Origin: a candidate division WOR-3 bacterium
GTDB lineage: Bacteria; Hydrothermota; UBA3072; B12-G15
Reading direction: 5' to 3'
Assembly: GCA_965649055.1 (NCBI GenBank)
Contig: CBFGJG010000022.1
Coordinates: 1-31,656, forward strand
Length of the DNA: 31,656 bases
Position numbers and translations under genes: made by a program. The notes beneath the pieces were generated by a model. The model searched no databases and was not told the DNA's origin. It saw only the letters and a list, made by a program, of their open reading frames with translations. Numbering within the stretch: the first letter of the stretch is position 1; the number at the start of each line of letters is the position of its first letter. Of this stretch, positions 9,666 through 19,580 are shown piece by piece.

Positions 9666-12359
9666 ATGAAAGATAACAAGAATATTAAAGTTTTTTTAGA
9701 ATCTTTAATATCTTTTCTTCCAAGAAATTTTATAAAATACAAAATTTCATCTATTGAGAGGGACTCTTTCAATGCAATATTACTTTTTGCAGATATATCC
9801 GGTTTTACAGCTATGAGTGAAAATTTATCAAAATTAGGTAAAGAAGGTTCGGAAGAAGTGAACAAAATTATAAATAATTATTTCTCACCACTTATTGATA
9901 TAATATATAAACATGATGGTGATATAATTTATTTTGGTGGTGATGCATTCCTCGCATACTTTAGATATGATAGTTTAGAATCAACGGAAAATGCAATGTC
10001 AACTGCAAAGGAAATTTTAAACTTTGCAGAAGAAAACTCAAATGTTAATACAAAGAAAGGTATATTTAATATTAAACTTCACATTGGATTAAATAAAGGT
10101 AATGTTCATTATTTTGATTTAAAAAATACATATTTTATAGCAGGTGATACTATCAACGAACTTATGAGAATTCTTGATCTTGCAAGTGCCGGTGAGATAG
10201 TGGTTGGTGAATCTGTCAGGAAAGATTTAAAAAGTATAAGTTTTAAAGAAGTAAATGATGCCTATAAATATGTAAAAGATGATTATTCGGTGGAAAGTTA
10301 TTTTGGGAAAAAGGAACAGAAAAAATCCTCAAATGCTATTTCTTTAGAAATAATAAAAGAATATATACCAGATTGGCTTTTAAAAGGGATACAGATTAAA
10401 CCATATTTTGATTACAAAGATGGTGAACATAGAAAGATAACTTTTTCATTCATCCATTTCTCTGGAATATCCTATGATAAAAATGATTCAGAACAATTGT
10501 TAAAAAAATTCTACATGATTATAAAAGAAACAGCAGATAAATATGATGGCTGGATAAATCGTCTCGATGTTTATAAAGATAGTGAAAGGATGATTGTAAT
10601 ATTCGGTTTTCCAAATGCTTATGAAGATGAGGAAAAAAGGACGATGATTTTTATAAATGAACTTGTTAATAACCCTGAAATTAAAAATATTAAAATAAGG
10701 GCTGGTGTTAACTCAGGATTCGTATTTGTCGCACCCCTTGGTAGTAAAACCCGTAGAGAATATACAATGATAGGAGATGCAGTTAACCTTTGTGCAAGGA
10801 TTGCAGCATCTGCAAAGGCTGGAAATATATTAGTGACAGAAGATATATACAATAAAACTTATGATTTATTCGAATATGAACCTCTCGGGTTGATGGAATA
10901 CAAAGGGAAAAAAGATAAAATACCTGTATTCAAACTAATAAGGAAAAAAGACATTTATTATAAAAGGTCAAAGAAATGGATTGGAGAAAGTGAAAAGATA
11001 GTAGGGAGAAAAAAGGAATTAAACACCATAAAAAAAATTGTTGAAGTTTTAACCAGGTCAAAAGGACAAATTATAAGTATTGTGGGAGAGCCAGGGATTG
11101 GAAAATCCAGACTTGTGGAAGAGGTAGTAAAAATATGTAAGGAAAAAGATTTTAAAGTATATACAGGCGATTGTATATCTTATGGCAATTCATTTACTTA
11201 TTATCCTTTTATCAATATTTTAATGGATTTATTTTCAATATCTCAAAATGACGATATGGAATCAAGAAAGAAAAAAATTAGAGAAAAATGTGAAAAAGTA
11301 AATAAGGAACTTATTAATTGGTTACCTATCATTGGGAATATAATAGGATTAGAATTTCCTGAAACAAATTTAACAAAATATATCGACCCAAAAACAAAAA
11401 AACAAAGAATAAATGAGATAATTCTCGAACTTATAAGATTTGAATCAAAGATACTTCCTGTAAATATAATAATTGAAGACCTACACTGGTCTGACTCTGT
11501 ATCAATGGATGTTATTAACTATATCAGTAGAAATATTGAAAATGATAGAATAATGCTAACATTGGTTTACAGATCGCTTAACACAAAAGAAGAATTTATG
11601 GAAAAAAAATGGTCAAATAAATTAGAACTTGCCGAACTGAAAAATGAAGAAATAAGTGAGCTTATTGAAAATTTGTTAAATATAAAAAATATACCTGAAG
11701 ATTTAAAAAATATCATATTCGAGAAATCACAGGGTAATCCTTTTTATGTTGAAGAACTTATAAAATCATTGATAGAACAGGGTAATATTATAGAAGAAAA
11801 AGACGGATGGAGTTTTAATATTGAAACAAAGGATTTGAAACTACCTGATACAGTTGAATCTATTATACTCTCAAGGATTGATAGACTTGACTTTCAGGAT
11901 AAAAATATATTACAGATTTCATCTGTTCTTGGTAATGAATTTGACGAGTTTTTAATAAAAGGAATATATGGAGATAAAGAACAGCTTAATAAATCATTGA
12001 AGAACCTTCAAATACTTGATTTATTAAGGAAAGAGGCAGGAGAAGGTGGAATAAAATTTTATTTTAAACATATTCTCACAAGGGAAGTTGCATATGGAAC
12101 ACTTTCCTATGCAAGAAAAGAAGAACTCCACAGAAAAATAGGCGTTTACATTGAAAAAGAAATGGAGGAAAGAAAAGATGAATTTTTACCTCTTCTTTCA
12201 TATCATTTCTATATGGGTAAAGATTATGAAAAATCGTTAATATATTCAGTTCAGGCTGGTGAAAAAGCAAAGAAGGTTTATGCAAATGAAGAAGCAATTG
12301 AGTTCTTTACAAGGGCAATAGAATCTTTTGAAATGCTTGAAAACCAGAATATTGTATGA
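9666..12359 (+). CDS. Tandem class III nucleotide cyclase domains plus STAND-class AAA ATPase (soluble adenylyl cyclase-like), ending at the start of the TPR region
   Basis: C1: FADISGFT, FGGDA; C2: IFGFP, EYTMIGDAVNLCAR; IVGRKKE, Walker A GEPGIGKS, Walker B IIIEDLHW, GNPFYVEE, FKHILTREVAY. Confidence 0.92.
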   Translation: MKDNKNIKVFLESLISFLPRNFIKYKISSIERDSFNAILLFADISGFTAMSENLSKLGKEGSEEVNKIINNYFSPLIDIIYKHDGDIIYFGGDAFLAYFRYDSLESTENAMSTAKEILNFAEENSNVNTKKGIFNIKLHIGLNKGNVHYFDLKNTYFIAGDTINELMRILDLASAGEIVVGESVRKDLKSISFKEVNDAYKYVKDDYSVESYFGKKEQKKSSNAISLEIIKEYIPDWLLKGIQIKPYFDYKDGEHRKITFSFIHFSGISYDKNDSEQLLKKFYMIIKETADKYDGWINRLDVYKDSERMIVIFGFPNAYEDEEKRTMIFINELVNNPEIKNIKIRAGVNSGFVFVAPLGSKTRREYTMIGDAVNLCARIAASAKAGNILVTEDIYNKTYDLFEYEPLGLMEYKGKKDKIPVFKLIRKKDIYYKRSKKWIGESEKIVGRKKELNTIKKIVEVLTRSKGQIISIVGEPGIGKSRLVEEVVKICKEKDFKVYTGDCISYGNSFTYYPFINILMDLFSISQNDDMESRKKKIREKCEKVNKELINWLPIIGNIIGLEFPETNLTKYIDPKTKKQRINEIILELIRFESKILPVNIIIEDLHWSDSVSMDVINYISRNIENDRIMLTLVYRSLNTKEEFMEKKWSNKLELAELKNEEISELIENLLNIKNIPEDLKNIIFEKSQGNPFYVEELIKSLIEQGNIIEEKDGWSFNIETKDLKLPDTVESIILSRIDRLDFQDKNILQISSVLGNEFDEFLIKGIYGDKEQLNKSLKNLQILDLLRKEAGEGGIKFYFKHILTREVAYGTLSYARKEELHRKIGVYIEKEMEERKDEFLPLLSYHFYMGKDYEKSLIYSVQAGEKAKKVYANEEAIEFFTRAIESFEMLENQNIV

Positions 12360-13396
12360 ACAGTAAACAAAGAAGGGAACTATATATAAAAGCATTAAAT
12401 AATTTAGGAGAGATTGAATATATACTCGGGGAATATGAAGAATCAATAAAAAGATACGAAAAGGTCATTGAAATATGTAATAATAATCCTTATATCATAC
12501 ATGATGCAATAAGTCAGATTTGTATTAATCTAATATTTGGTAAAGGAGAAAATAATAAGGCAAAGGATATAATATTAGAGGTATTGAAAAAATTGGATAA
12601 GGATAAGGAAAAAAAATTATATATAAGATTTATAAATCTCCTCGGTATTATAGAAAGAAGAAAAAGTAATTATGATGATGCAGTAAGATATTTTAAAGAA
12701 GCATTAGAATTAACAGAAGAATCAAATAATAAAAGCGATATAGCTGTAATGCAATGTAATCTTGCATTAGTTGCTTATAACAAAGGCAAATTTGATAATG
12801 CGATTGAATTGTACCAAAAAGCATTAGAACTTGTTAATGATTCCGACGACCTTATAGGTTTGGGAATAACATACAATAATCTTGGACTCGTATATCAGGC
12901 AAAAAATGAATTTGATAAGGCACTTGAATATTATAATAAAACCTTAAAAATTATGCAAAAGGTTGGTTATAAAAGTAATTTTGGACATACGCTTGGAAAT
13001 ATTGGTGCAGTTTATAAAGATAAAGGAGATTATAATAAGGCACTTGAATATTATAATAGTTCACTTGAAATAGCAAAGGAATTGAACGATATTAAACAGA
13101 TTGGAATTGTTTACTCTCTTATTGGTGTTGTTTATCTAAAATTAAATGAACTTGATAAGAGTCTTGAAAATACAAATAATGCATTGATAATCTACGATAA
13201 AATAGGGGATAAAAGGCTGATTGCAACCTGTTATAAAACATTAGGTGAAATTTATATTAAATCAAAAAAATATAAAGAGGCATTAGAGAATCTTAAAAAA
13301 AGTGAAGAGTTGTTTGTAATGATTGGGAACAATTTAGAAATTGGAAATATTCAAAATCTCATTAACGAAATTGAAAAAATAAAAAATGTTGATTGA
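12356..13396 (+). CDS. Tetratricopeptide repeat protein (40-aa period)
   Basis: Repeated NNLG.VY...G.YDKALEYY..AL units; ATGA overlap with the cyclase gene. Confidence 0.92.
   Translation: MNSKQRRELYIKALNNLGEIEYILGEYEESIKRYEKVIEICNNNPYIIHDAISQICINLIFGKGENNKAKDIILEVLKKLDKDKEKKLYIRFINLLGIIERRKSNYDDAVRYFKEALELTEESNNKSDIAVMQCNLALVAYNKGKFDNAIELYQKALELVNDSDDLIGLGITYNNLGLVYQAKNEFDKALEYYNKTLKIMQKVGYKSNFGHTLGNIGAVYKDKGDYNKALEYYNSSLEIAKELNDIKQIGIVYSLIGVVYLKLNELDKSLENTNNALIIYDKIGDKRLIATCYKTLGEIYIKSKKYKEALENLKKSEELFVMIGNNLEIGNIQNLINEIEKIKNVD
12915..13058 (+). repeat. Identical 24-nt direct repeat at 120-bp spacing within adjacent TPR units
   Basis: ATAAGGCACTTGAATATTATAATA at 12915-12938 and 13035-13058. 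Confidence 0.85.
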
Positions 13397-14684
13397 AAAA
13401 GAAAAACTGTTCGTTAATTCACTTCTAAAAAGGGCAGAAATTTACTCATTCACAGGAAAGAACGAAAATGCAATTGAAGATATAAAAAAAGCACTTGACT
13501 TTTCTATTAAAAGAAAGGATAGATATTTAGAATCAGAATGCAGACTTGCATTTGCAATATTACATAATAAAATTTGTGAATATGAAAAAGTAATTGAATT
13601 TGCAGATGAATCATTAAAATTCTTTGAGACTGTTAAAGACTTTGAAAAAATAGAAGAAATAATGAATACAATGGGATATGCATATCAGTATTTGGGAAAT
13701 ATCGACAAGGCATTTGAATGTTATAAAAAAGGACTGGAAATAAATGAAAATACCAAGAATTTTATAGATCTTTGTGAATCACTTAACAATATAGCAAATC
13801 TTTATGCCACACAAGGAGATTATAACAAGGCACTCGAATTCCACATGAAGGCATTATCTTTAAGGGAAAATATTGGAGATTTGAATGGAATTGGATTCAG
13901 TCTTCACAATATAGGTTCTATGTATTATATGTTAGGAAATTACAATTTGGCACTTGAATATTTCGAGAAAGCTTTAACAATCAGGAAGAAAATTGGATTT
14001 AAACAAGGTATAGGATACACATTAAGCAATATTGGTGCATTAAATCTTGTTCTCGGAAATATGAAAGAGGCAATTGAAAACCTCTCAAAAGCACTCGAAA
14101 TACATGAAGAAGTTAATGACCTGTCAAGCGAAATATCAACATTAAATAATATAGGTATGGCTTATCAAAATTTAGGGAAAATAAATTTAGCCTTTGATAT
14201 TTTTGAAAAGGCATTAGGGATTTCAAAAAAAATAAAAGATATAAATTTGGAAGGATATGTACTTTTGAATTTAGGAAAGATTTGCATGGAAAAAAGGAAA
14301 TTTTCAATTGCAAAGAAATACTTAAATGATTCTCAGAGGATCTCTGAAAAAATAGGTAATAAAAACCTGAAAATAAGAGTGCTTCTAAGCCTTTTCTCTC
14401 TGGAATTAATAAAAAGGGAGATACAGGAAAAAATTAGTGATGAAGATATTAAAGATTTAAAGAAGGATTTTGAATCCTTAAGAAAAGAGGTAACAGAAAC
14501 AGGGTCTAAAATTGTCAATGCAGAAATTTTACTGTTTGAAGCAAGAATTGGTATTCTTGAAGGAAAAATAGATTTTGCAAAAAAGAAATTTGAAGAAGGT
14601 ATAAAAATTTACGAAAGACTTAAAAGGAATTTTGAAGCGGCTAAAGCATACAGAAATTTTGGAAAAAGCATAGAGATGAGATAG
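13386..14684 (+). CDS. Tetratricopeptide repeat protein; TAG at 14682 may be premature (frame stays open to 14777)
   Basis: Repeated LNNIG..Y...G.Y..ALE...KAL units; overlaps the upstream TPR gene by 11 nt. Confidence 0.9.
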   Translation: MLIEKEKLFVNSLLKRAEIYSFTGKNENAIEDIKKALDFSIKRKDRYLESECRLAFAILHNKICEYEKVIEFADESLKFFETVKDFEKIEEIMNTMGYAYQYLGNIDKAFECYKKGLEINENTKNFIDLCESLNNIANLYATQGDYNKALEFHMKALSLRENIGDLNGIGFSLHNIGSMYYMLGNYNLALEYFEKALTIRKKIGFKQGIGYTLSNIGALNLVLGNMKEAIENLSKALEIHEEVNDLSSEISTLNNIGMAYQNLGKINLAFDIFEKALGISKKIKDINLEGYVLLNLGKICMEKRKFSIAKKYLNDSQRISEKIGNKNLKIRVLLSLFSLELIKREIQEKISDEDIKDLKKDFESLRKEVTETGSKIVNAEILLFEARIGILEGKIDFAKKKFEEGIKIYERLKRNFEAAKAYRNFGKSIEMR

Positions 14685-14814
14685 GATAAACTTAAAGATT
14701 TCATTGATCATAAAAAGTATTTAAAAAAATCCGAAGAATATCTTTCAAAGATAAAAAATCAAAAACAACCAAAATAGATATAATATAAAATATTTTTGAA
14801 GGGGATTAAAGAAA

Positions 14815-14831
14815 CTTTGACAACTGGAAGG
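14815..14831 (-). other. 3' arm of the 16S precursor processing stem
   Basis: CTTTGACAACTGGAAGG is the perfect reverse complement of 16426-16442. Confidence 0.85.
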
Positions 14832-14842
14832 TTTTCTCCGTT

Positions 14843-16404
<1,562 letters not shown>

Positions 16405-16425
16405 TTAAGAGGATTATTCAATTTT

Positions 16426-16447
16426 CCTTCCAGTTGTCAAAGAACAA
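16426..16447 (-). promoter_or_regulatory. rrn leader boxA antiterminator and 5' arm of the processing stem
   Basis: Minus strand TGTTCTTTGACAACTGGAAGG resembles boxA TGCTCTTTAACA. Confidence 0.75.
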
Positions 16448-16464
16448 ATTATTGTTTTTGTTAT

Positions 16465-16492
16465 AAAATAATAAAAATTTTAATTTTGTCAA
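16465..16492 (-). promoter_or_regulatory. rRNA promoter TTGACA-N16-TATTTT with AT-rich upstream tract
   Basis: -35 at 16492-16487, -10 at 16470-16465, just upstream of boxA. Confidence 0.6.
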
Positions 16493-16519
16493 GGGGTTTT
16501 TAAAAATTTTTTTAATTTT

Positions 16520-17683
16520 TCAGATTGAAAGAATAACACCTTTAAGATATTCTGTTTCATATACATATAAACTGACCGGATGGTCTAAAGGATGGGAAGA
16601 CTGGTAAATAAGGTTTATATCTTTATTCATCTTAAGTCCTGCCTCTGTAATAGCCTTAATAAAATCGTTTCTTTTAATCCAACCCGAGCAACAGAATGTG
16701 AATAATAGTCCTTTATCCATCTTATAGAATACATTTCTATGTAGAGAAGTGTATTTTTTAAGTCCAGAATTTATGTCTTTTCCCTTCTTCACATAATTGG
16801 GGGGGTCAAGTATAATCATCGTTCCATAATCCCTGATTCTTTCCATATTTTTTAAAAAATCTTCGCACTCTGAATGAATTTCACTGTGAAAAGAGTCTGG
16901 TATTCCGTTAATCCTGAAATTCTCTTTTGCTATTTCTAATGCTTCATTTGAGGAGTCTATATTAACGATTTCCCTTGAACCTGAAATTGCTGCGTAAACA
17001 CCAAAACTTCCCGTATAAGAATAAAGATTAAAAACCCTTTCTGGTTTCAATTCAAGAATCTTTTTTCTGTTTTCTCTCTGGTCAAGGTAAAATCCAGTTT
17101 TCTGCCCCATTTTGATATCAACAAGGAATTTTATTCCGTTTTCCTTTATCTGAATAAGTCCTGGAGGTTCTTTACCGAACAAAGTCCCTTTAAACAAAGA
17201 TAGGCCTTCTAACCTTCTTATATCTATATCACTTCTTTCATAAATCCCTTCAGGCTTGAATAAATCTATAAGAATCTCCACTATTTTTTCCTTTAAAACT
17301 GTCATTCCAAGTGTTTCTATCTGTATCACAAGATAATTATCATATTTATCAACGATAAGGCCAGGAAGAAAATCAGACTCTGAATAAACTATCCTGAATG
17401 CATTTGTGTCTTCGTTTAACAATTTCATCCTCTTATAGTAAGCTGCTTTTATCCTTCTTAAAAGAAAATCCTTATTAATTTTCTCTTTCTCGAAGCTTAA
17501 AACCCTCACAGCAATGGTTGTTTTAGGATTATAATAGCCTGAACATAAAAACTTATTATTTTTATTATAACACTCAACAATCTCTCCAGGTTCAACATCA
17601 ATAACTTTTTTTATTGCACCTGAAAAGATTCTCAAGTGTCTTTTTTCCCAAAAATCTTCCTTTTCGATTATTATTCTTCCCAT
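16520..17683 (-). CDS. rlmI: Class I SAM-dependent rRNA methyltransferase, RlmI (23S m5C1962)-like
   Basis: PUA-like N-terminus, ESDFLPGLIVDKY, GQKTGFYLDQRENR, NLYSYTGSF, LDPP, FCCSG, ETEYLKG. Confidence 0.85.
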   Translation of the reverse strand: MGRIIIEKEDFWEKRHLRIFSGAIKKVIDVEPGEIVECYNKNNKFLCSGYYNPKTTIAVRVLSFEKEKINKDFLLRRIKAAYYKRMKLLNEDTNAFRIVYSESDFLPGLIVDKYDNYLVIQIETLGMTVLKEKIVEILIDLFKPEGIYERSDIDIRRLEGLSLFKGTLFGKEPPGLIQIKENGIKFLVDIKMGQKTGFYLDQRENRKKILELKPERVFNLYSYTGSFGVYAAISGSREIVNIDSSNEALEIAKENFRINGIPDSFHSEIHSECEDFLKNMERIRDYGTMIILDPPNYVKKGKDINSGLKKYTSLHRNVFYKMDKGLLFTFCCSGWIKRNDFIKAITEAGLKMNKDINLIYQSSHPLDHPVSLYVYETEYLKGVILSI

Positions 17684-17684
17684 A

Positions 17685-19580
17685 TCACATTAAATCATAA
17701 GGTTCAATCTCAACTTTTATTTTTACCCTTGATTTGATTTCTGTCAATAAGGAAATTGCATTCTGTATCGTTCCATCCTCTTCTGACTTAATCAGTATCT
17801 GATATCTATAATTCCTATTCTTTTTCTTAATCGGGCAAATAACAGGACCGATGATATTTATCCTCTCATCTTTTGAAAGTTTCGAAGAATATTCCCTTGC
17901 AATATCCTGGACATCCCTTAAATTCTTCCCTTCAAAAAGAATCCTTCCAAGGAATACAAATGGTGGATATTTTGCCTTCTCCCTGTATTTAATCTCTTTT
18001 TCAAAAAACATCTCATAATTATGTTCTTTAGCAGCGGCGATTACATAATGGTTCGGATGATATGTCTGTATTATCACTTCACCTATATTTCCCCTTCCTG
18101 CCCTTCCTGCAACCTGTGAAAGAAGTTGTAAGGTTCTTTCAGTTGCCCTGAAATCAGGAAAATTTAATATATTATCCGCCTTCAATACTACAACAAGACC
18201 AATATCAGGTATATCTAAACCTTTTGTTACCATCTGTGTTCCTACAAGAACTTTTATCTTTCCTTCTTTTAAATCCTTATAAATATTCTTGTAGTCTTCC
18301 CTCTTCTTCATTGAATCCCTGTCCATTCTTCTCAGTTTTTCACCAAATAACTCTTTTAATCTTTCTTCAACCTTTTCTGTCCCAAGGCTCTTATAATCAA
18401 GCTCACCACTGCATCTTTCACATTTATCTATTCTATTTTTTCTGTAGCCGCAATGATGACACAGAAAGATATCATCTTCCAGATGATATGTCATTGCTAT
18501 ATCACATTTCTCACATTTTATTATAAAATGGCATTTTTTGCATATAATGAATGGGGAATATCCCCTTCTATTGAGAAAGATTATTATTTTCCCTTTTTCA
18601 TTCATTATCCTGTTCTTTAATTCATCCGATAGAAAATCCCTCTTTCTTAAATCAAATATTTCAACATCTGGAAGTTTAAGTCCTTTTATCCTTTCCCTCA
18701 TCTTTAAGAGTATATATTCACCTTTCAGAGCTCTATAATATGATTCGACAGATGGTGTTGCACTTCCAAGGATAACTGGAACATTCTCAATTTGAGCCCT
18801 TTTCAAAACAACAGCCCTTCCGGAATAATATGGAACCTGATTTGTTTGATAGTATGAAGAGTCGTGCTCTTCATCCATTATAATTAGTCCAAGATTTTTC
18901 ATAGGAAGAAAAATAGCGCTCCTTGCACCAACAACTATTCTGATATTCCCTTCAACACAATTTTTGAACAAAAATAACTGATGTGCTTCTGTTAATTTGC
19001 TATGATATTCTTCACCTTCACCGAATCTTCTTCTAATCCTTTCAAGAACCTGTGGAACCATTCCTATTTCTGGAACAAGATAAAGAACAGACTTCCCATT
19101 TCTTAGGATATCTTCTATCACATGAAAATAGACCTCTGTTTTCCCACTACCTGTAACACCAAAAAGCAAGAATACATTTTTACCAATAAGGTTCTCAACT
19201 ATCTTTTTGTAACATTCTTCCTGTTCTAATGAAAGTTCAAGTTTTTCTTCAACGAACTCTTTATCTTTATAAATACTGAATTCTTTACTTCTTTTCTTAA
19301 ATTTTGGAAGTATTGAATCAAAAACAATACCTATTTCAGAAACAAAATAACTGGAAAGCCATATACCCAGATTCAATATGTTTAAAGGAAGGTCGTATAT
19401 CTTTTCTATTATCTCTTTTGCCTCTTTTTCCTCACCTTCCCTTATCACAACACCTTGAAGGACCCTATTTCTAAAAGGAACATTTACAACACTACCTATT
19501 GAAATATCCATATTATCAGGGGCAGAATAGGTGAATAACATCCTTGTTTTTACAGGAACGGCAACATCAAAATATCTCAT
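17685..19580 (-). CDS. priA: Primosomal protein N' (replication restart helicase)
   Basis: GVTGSGKTEVY, LVPEI, VVGARSA, DEEHD, SATPS, NRRGY, four CxxC, GTQMVTKGLD, QVAGRAGR. Confidence 0.96.
   Translation of the reverse strand: MRYFDVAVPVKTRMLFTYSAPDNMDISIGSVVNVPFRNRVLQGVVIREGEEKEAKEIIEKIYDLPLNILNLGIWLSSYFVSEIGIVFDSILPKFKKRSKEFSIYKDKEFVEEKLELSLEQEECYKKIVENLIGKNVFLLFGVTGSGKTEVYFHVIEDILRNGKSVLYLVPEIGMVPQVLERIRRRFGEGEEYHSKLTEAHQLFLFKNCVEGNIRIVVGARSAIFLPMKNLGLIIMDEEHDSSYYQTNQVPYYSGRAVVLKRAQIENVPVILGSATPSVESYYRALKGEYILLKMRERIKGLKLPDVEIFDLRKRDFLSDELKNRIMNEKGKIIIFLNRRGYSPFIICKKCHFIIKCEKCDIAMTYHLEDDIFLCHHCGYRKNRIDKCERCSGELDYKSLGTEKVEERLKELFGEKLRRMDRDSMKKREDYKNIYKDLKEGKIKVLVGTQMVTKGLDIPDIGLVVVLKADNILNFPDFRATERTLQLLSQVAGRAGRGNIGEVIIQTYHPNHYVIAAAKEHNYEMFFEKEIKYREKAKYPPFVFLGRILFEGKNLRDVQDIAREYSSKLSKDERINIIGPVICPIKKKNRNYRYQILIKSEEDGTIQNAISLLTEIKSRVKIKVEIEPYDLM

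Noticed and set aside
12338..12359. Programmed -1 frameshift fusing the cyclase and the first TPR gene
   Set aside because: The -1 frame is open only from 12341 and has no canonical slippery heptamer; the ATGA overlap fits translational coupling better
14682..14684. Genome-wide TAG recoding
   Set aside because: TAG ends the M28 and ADH genes at their expected family C-termini
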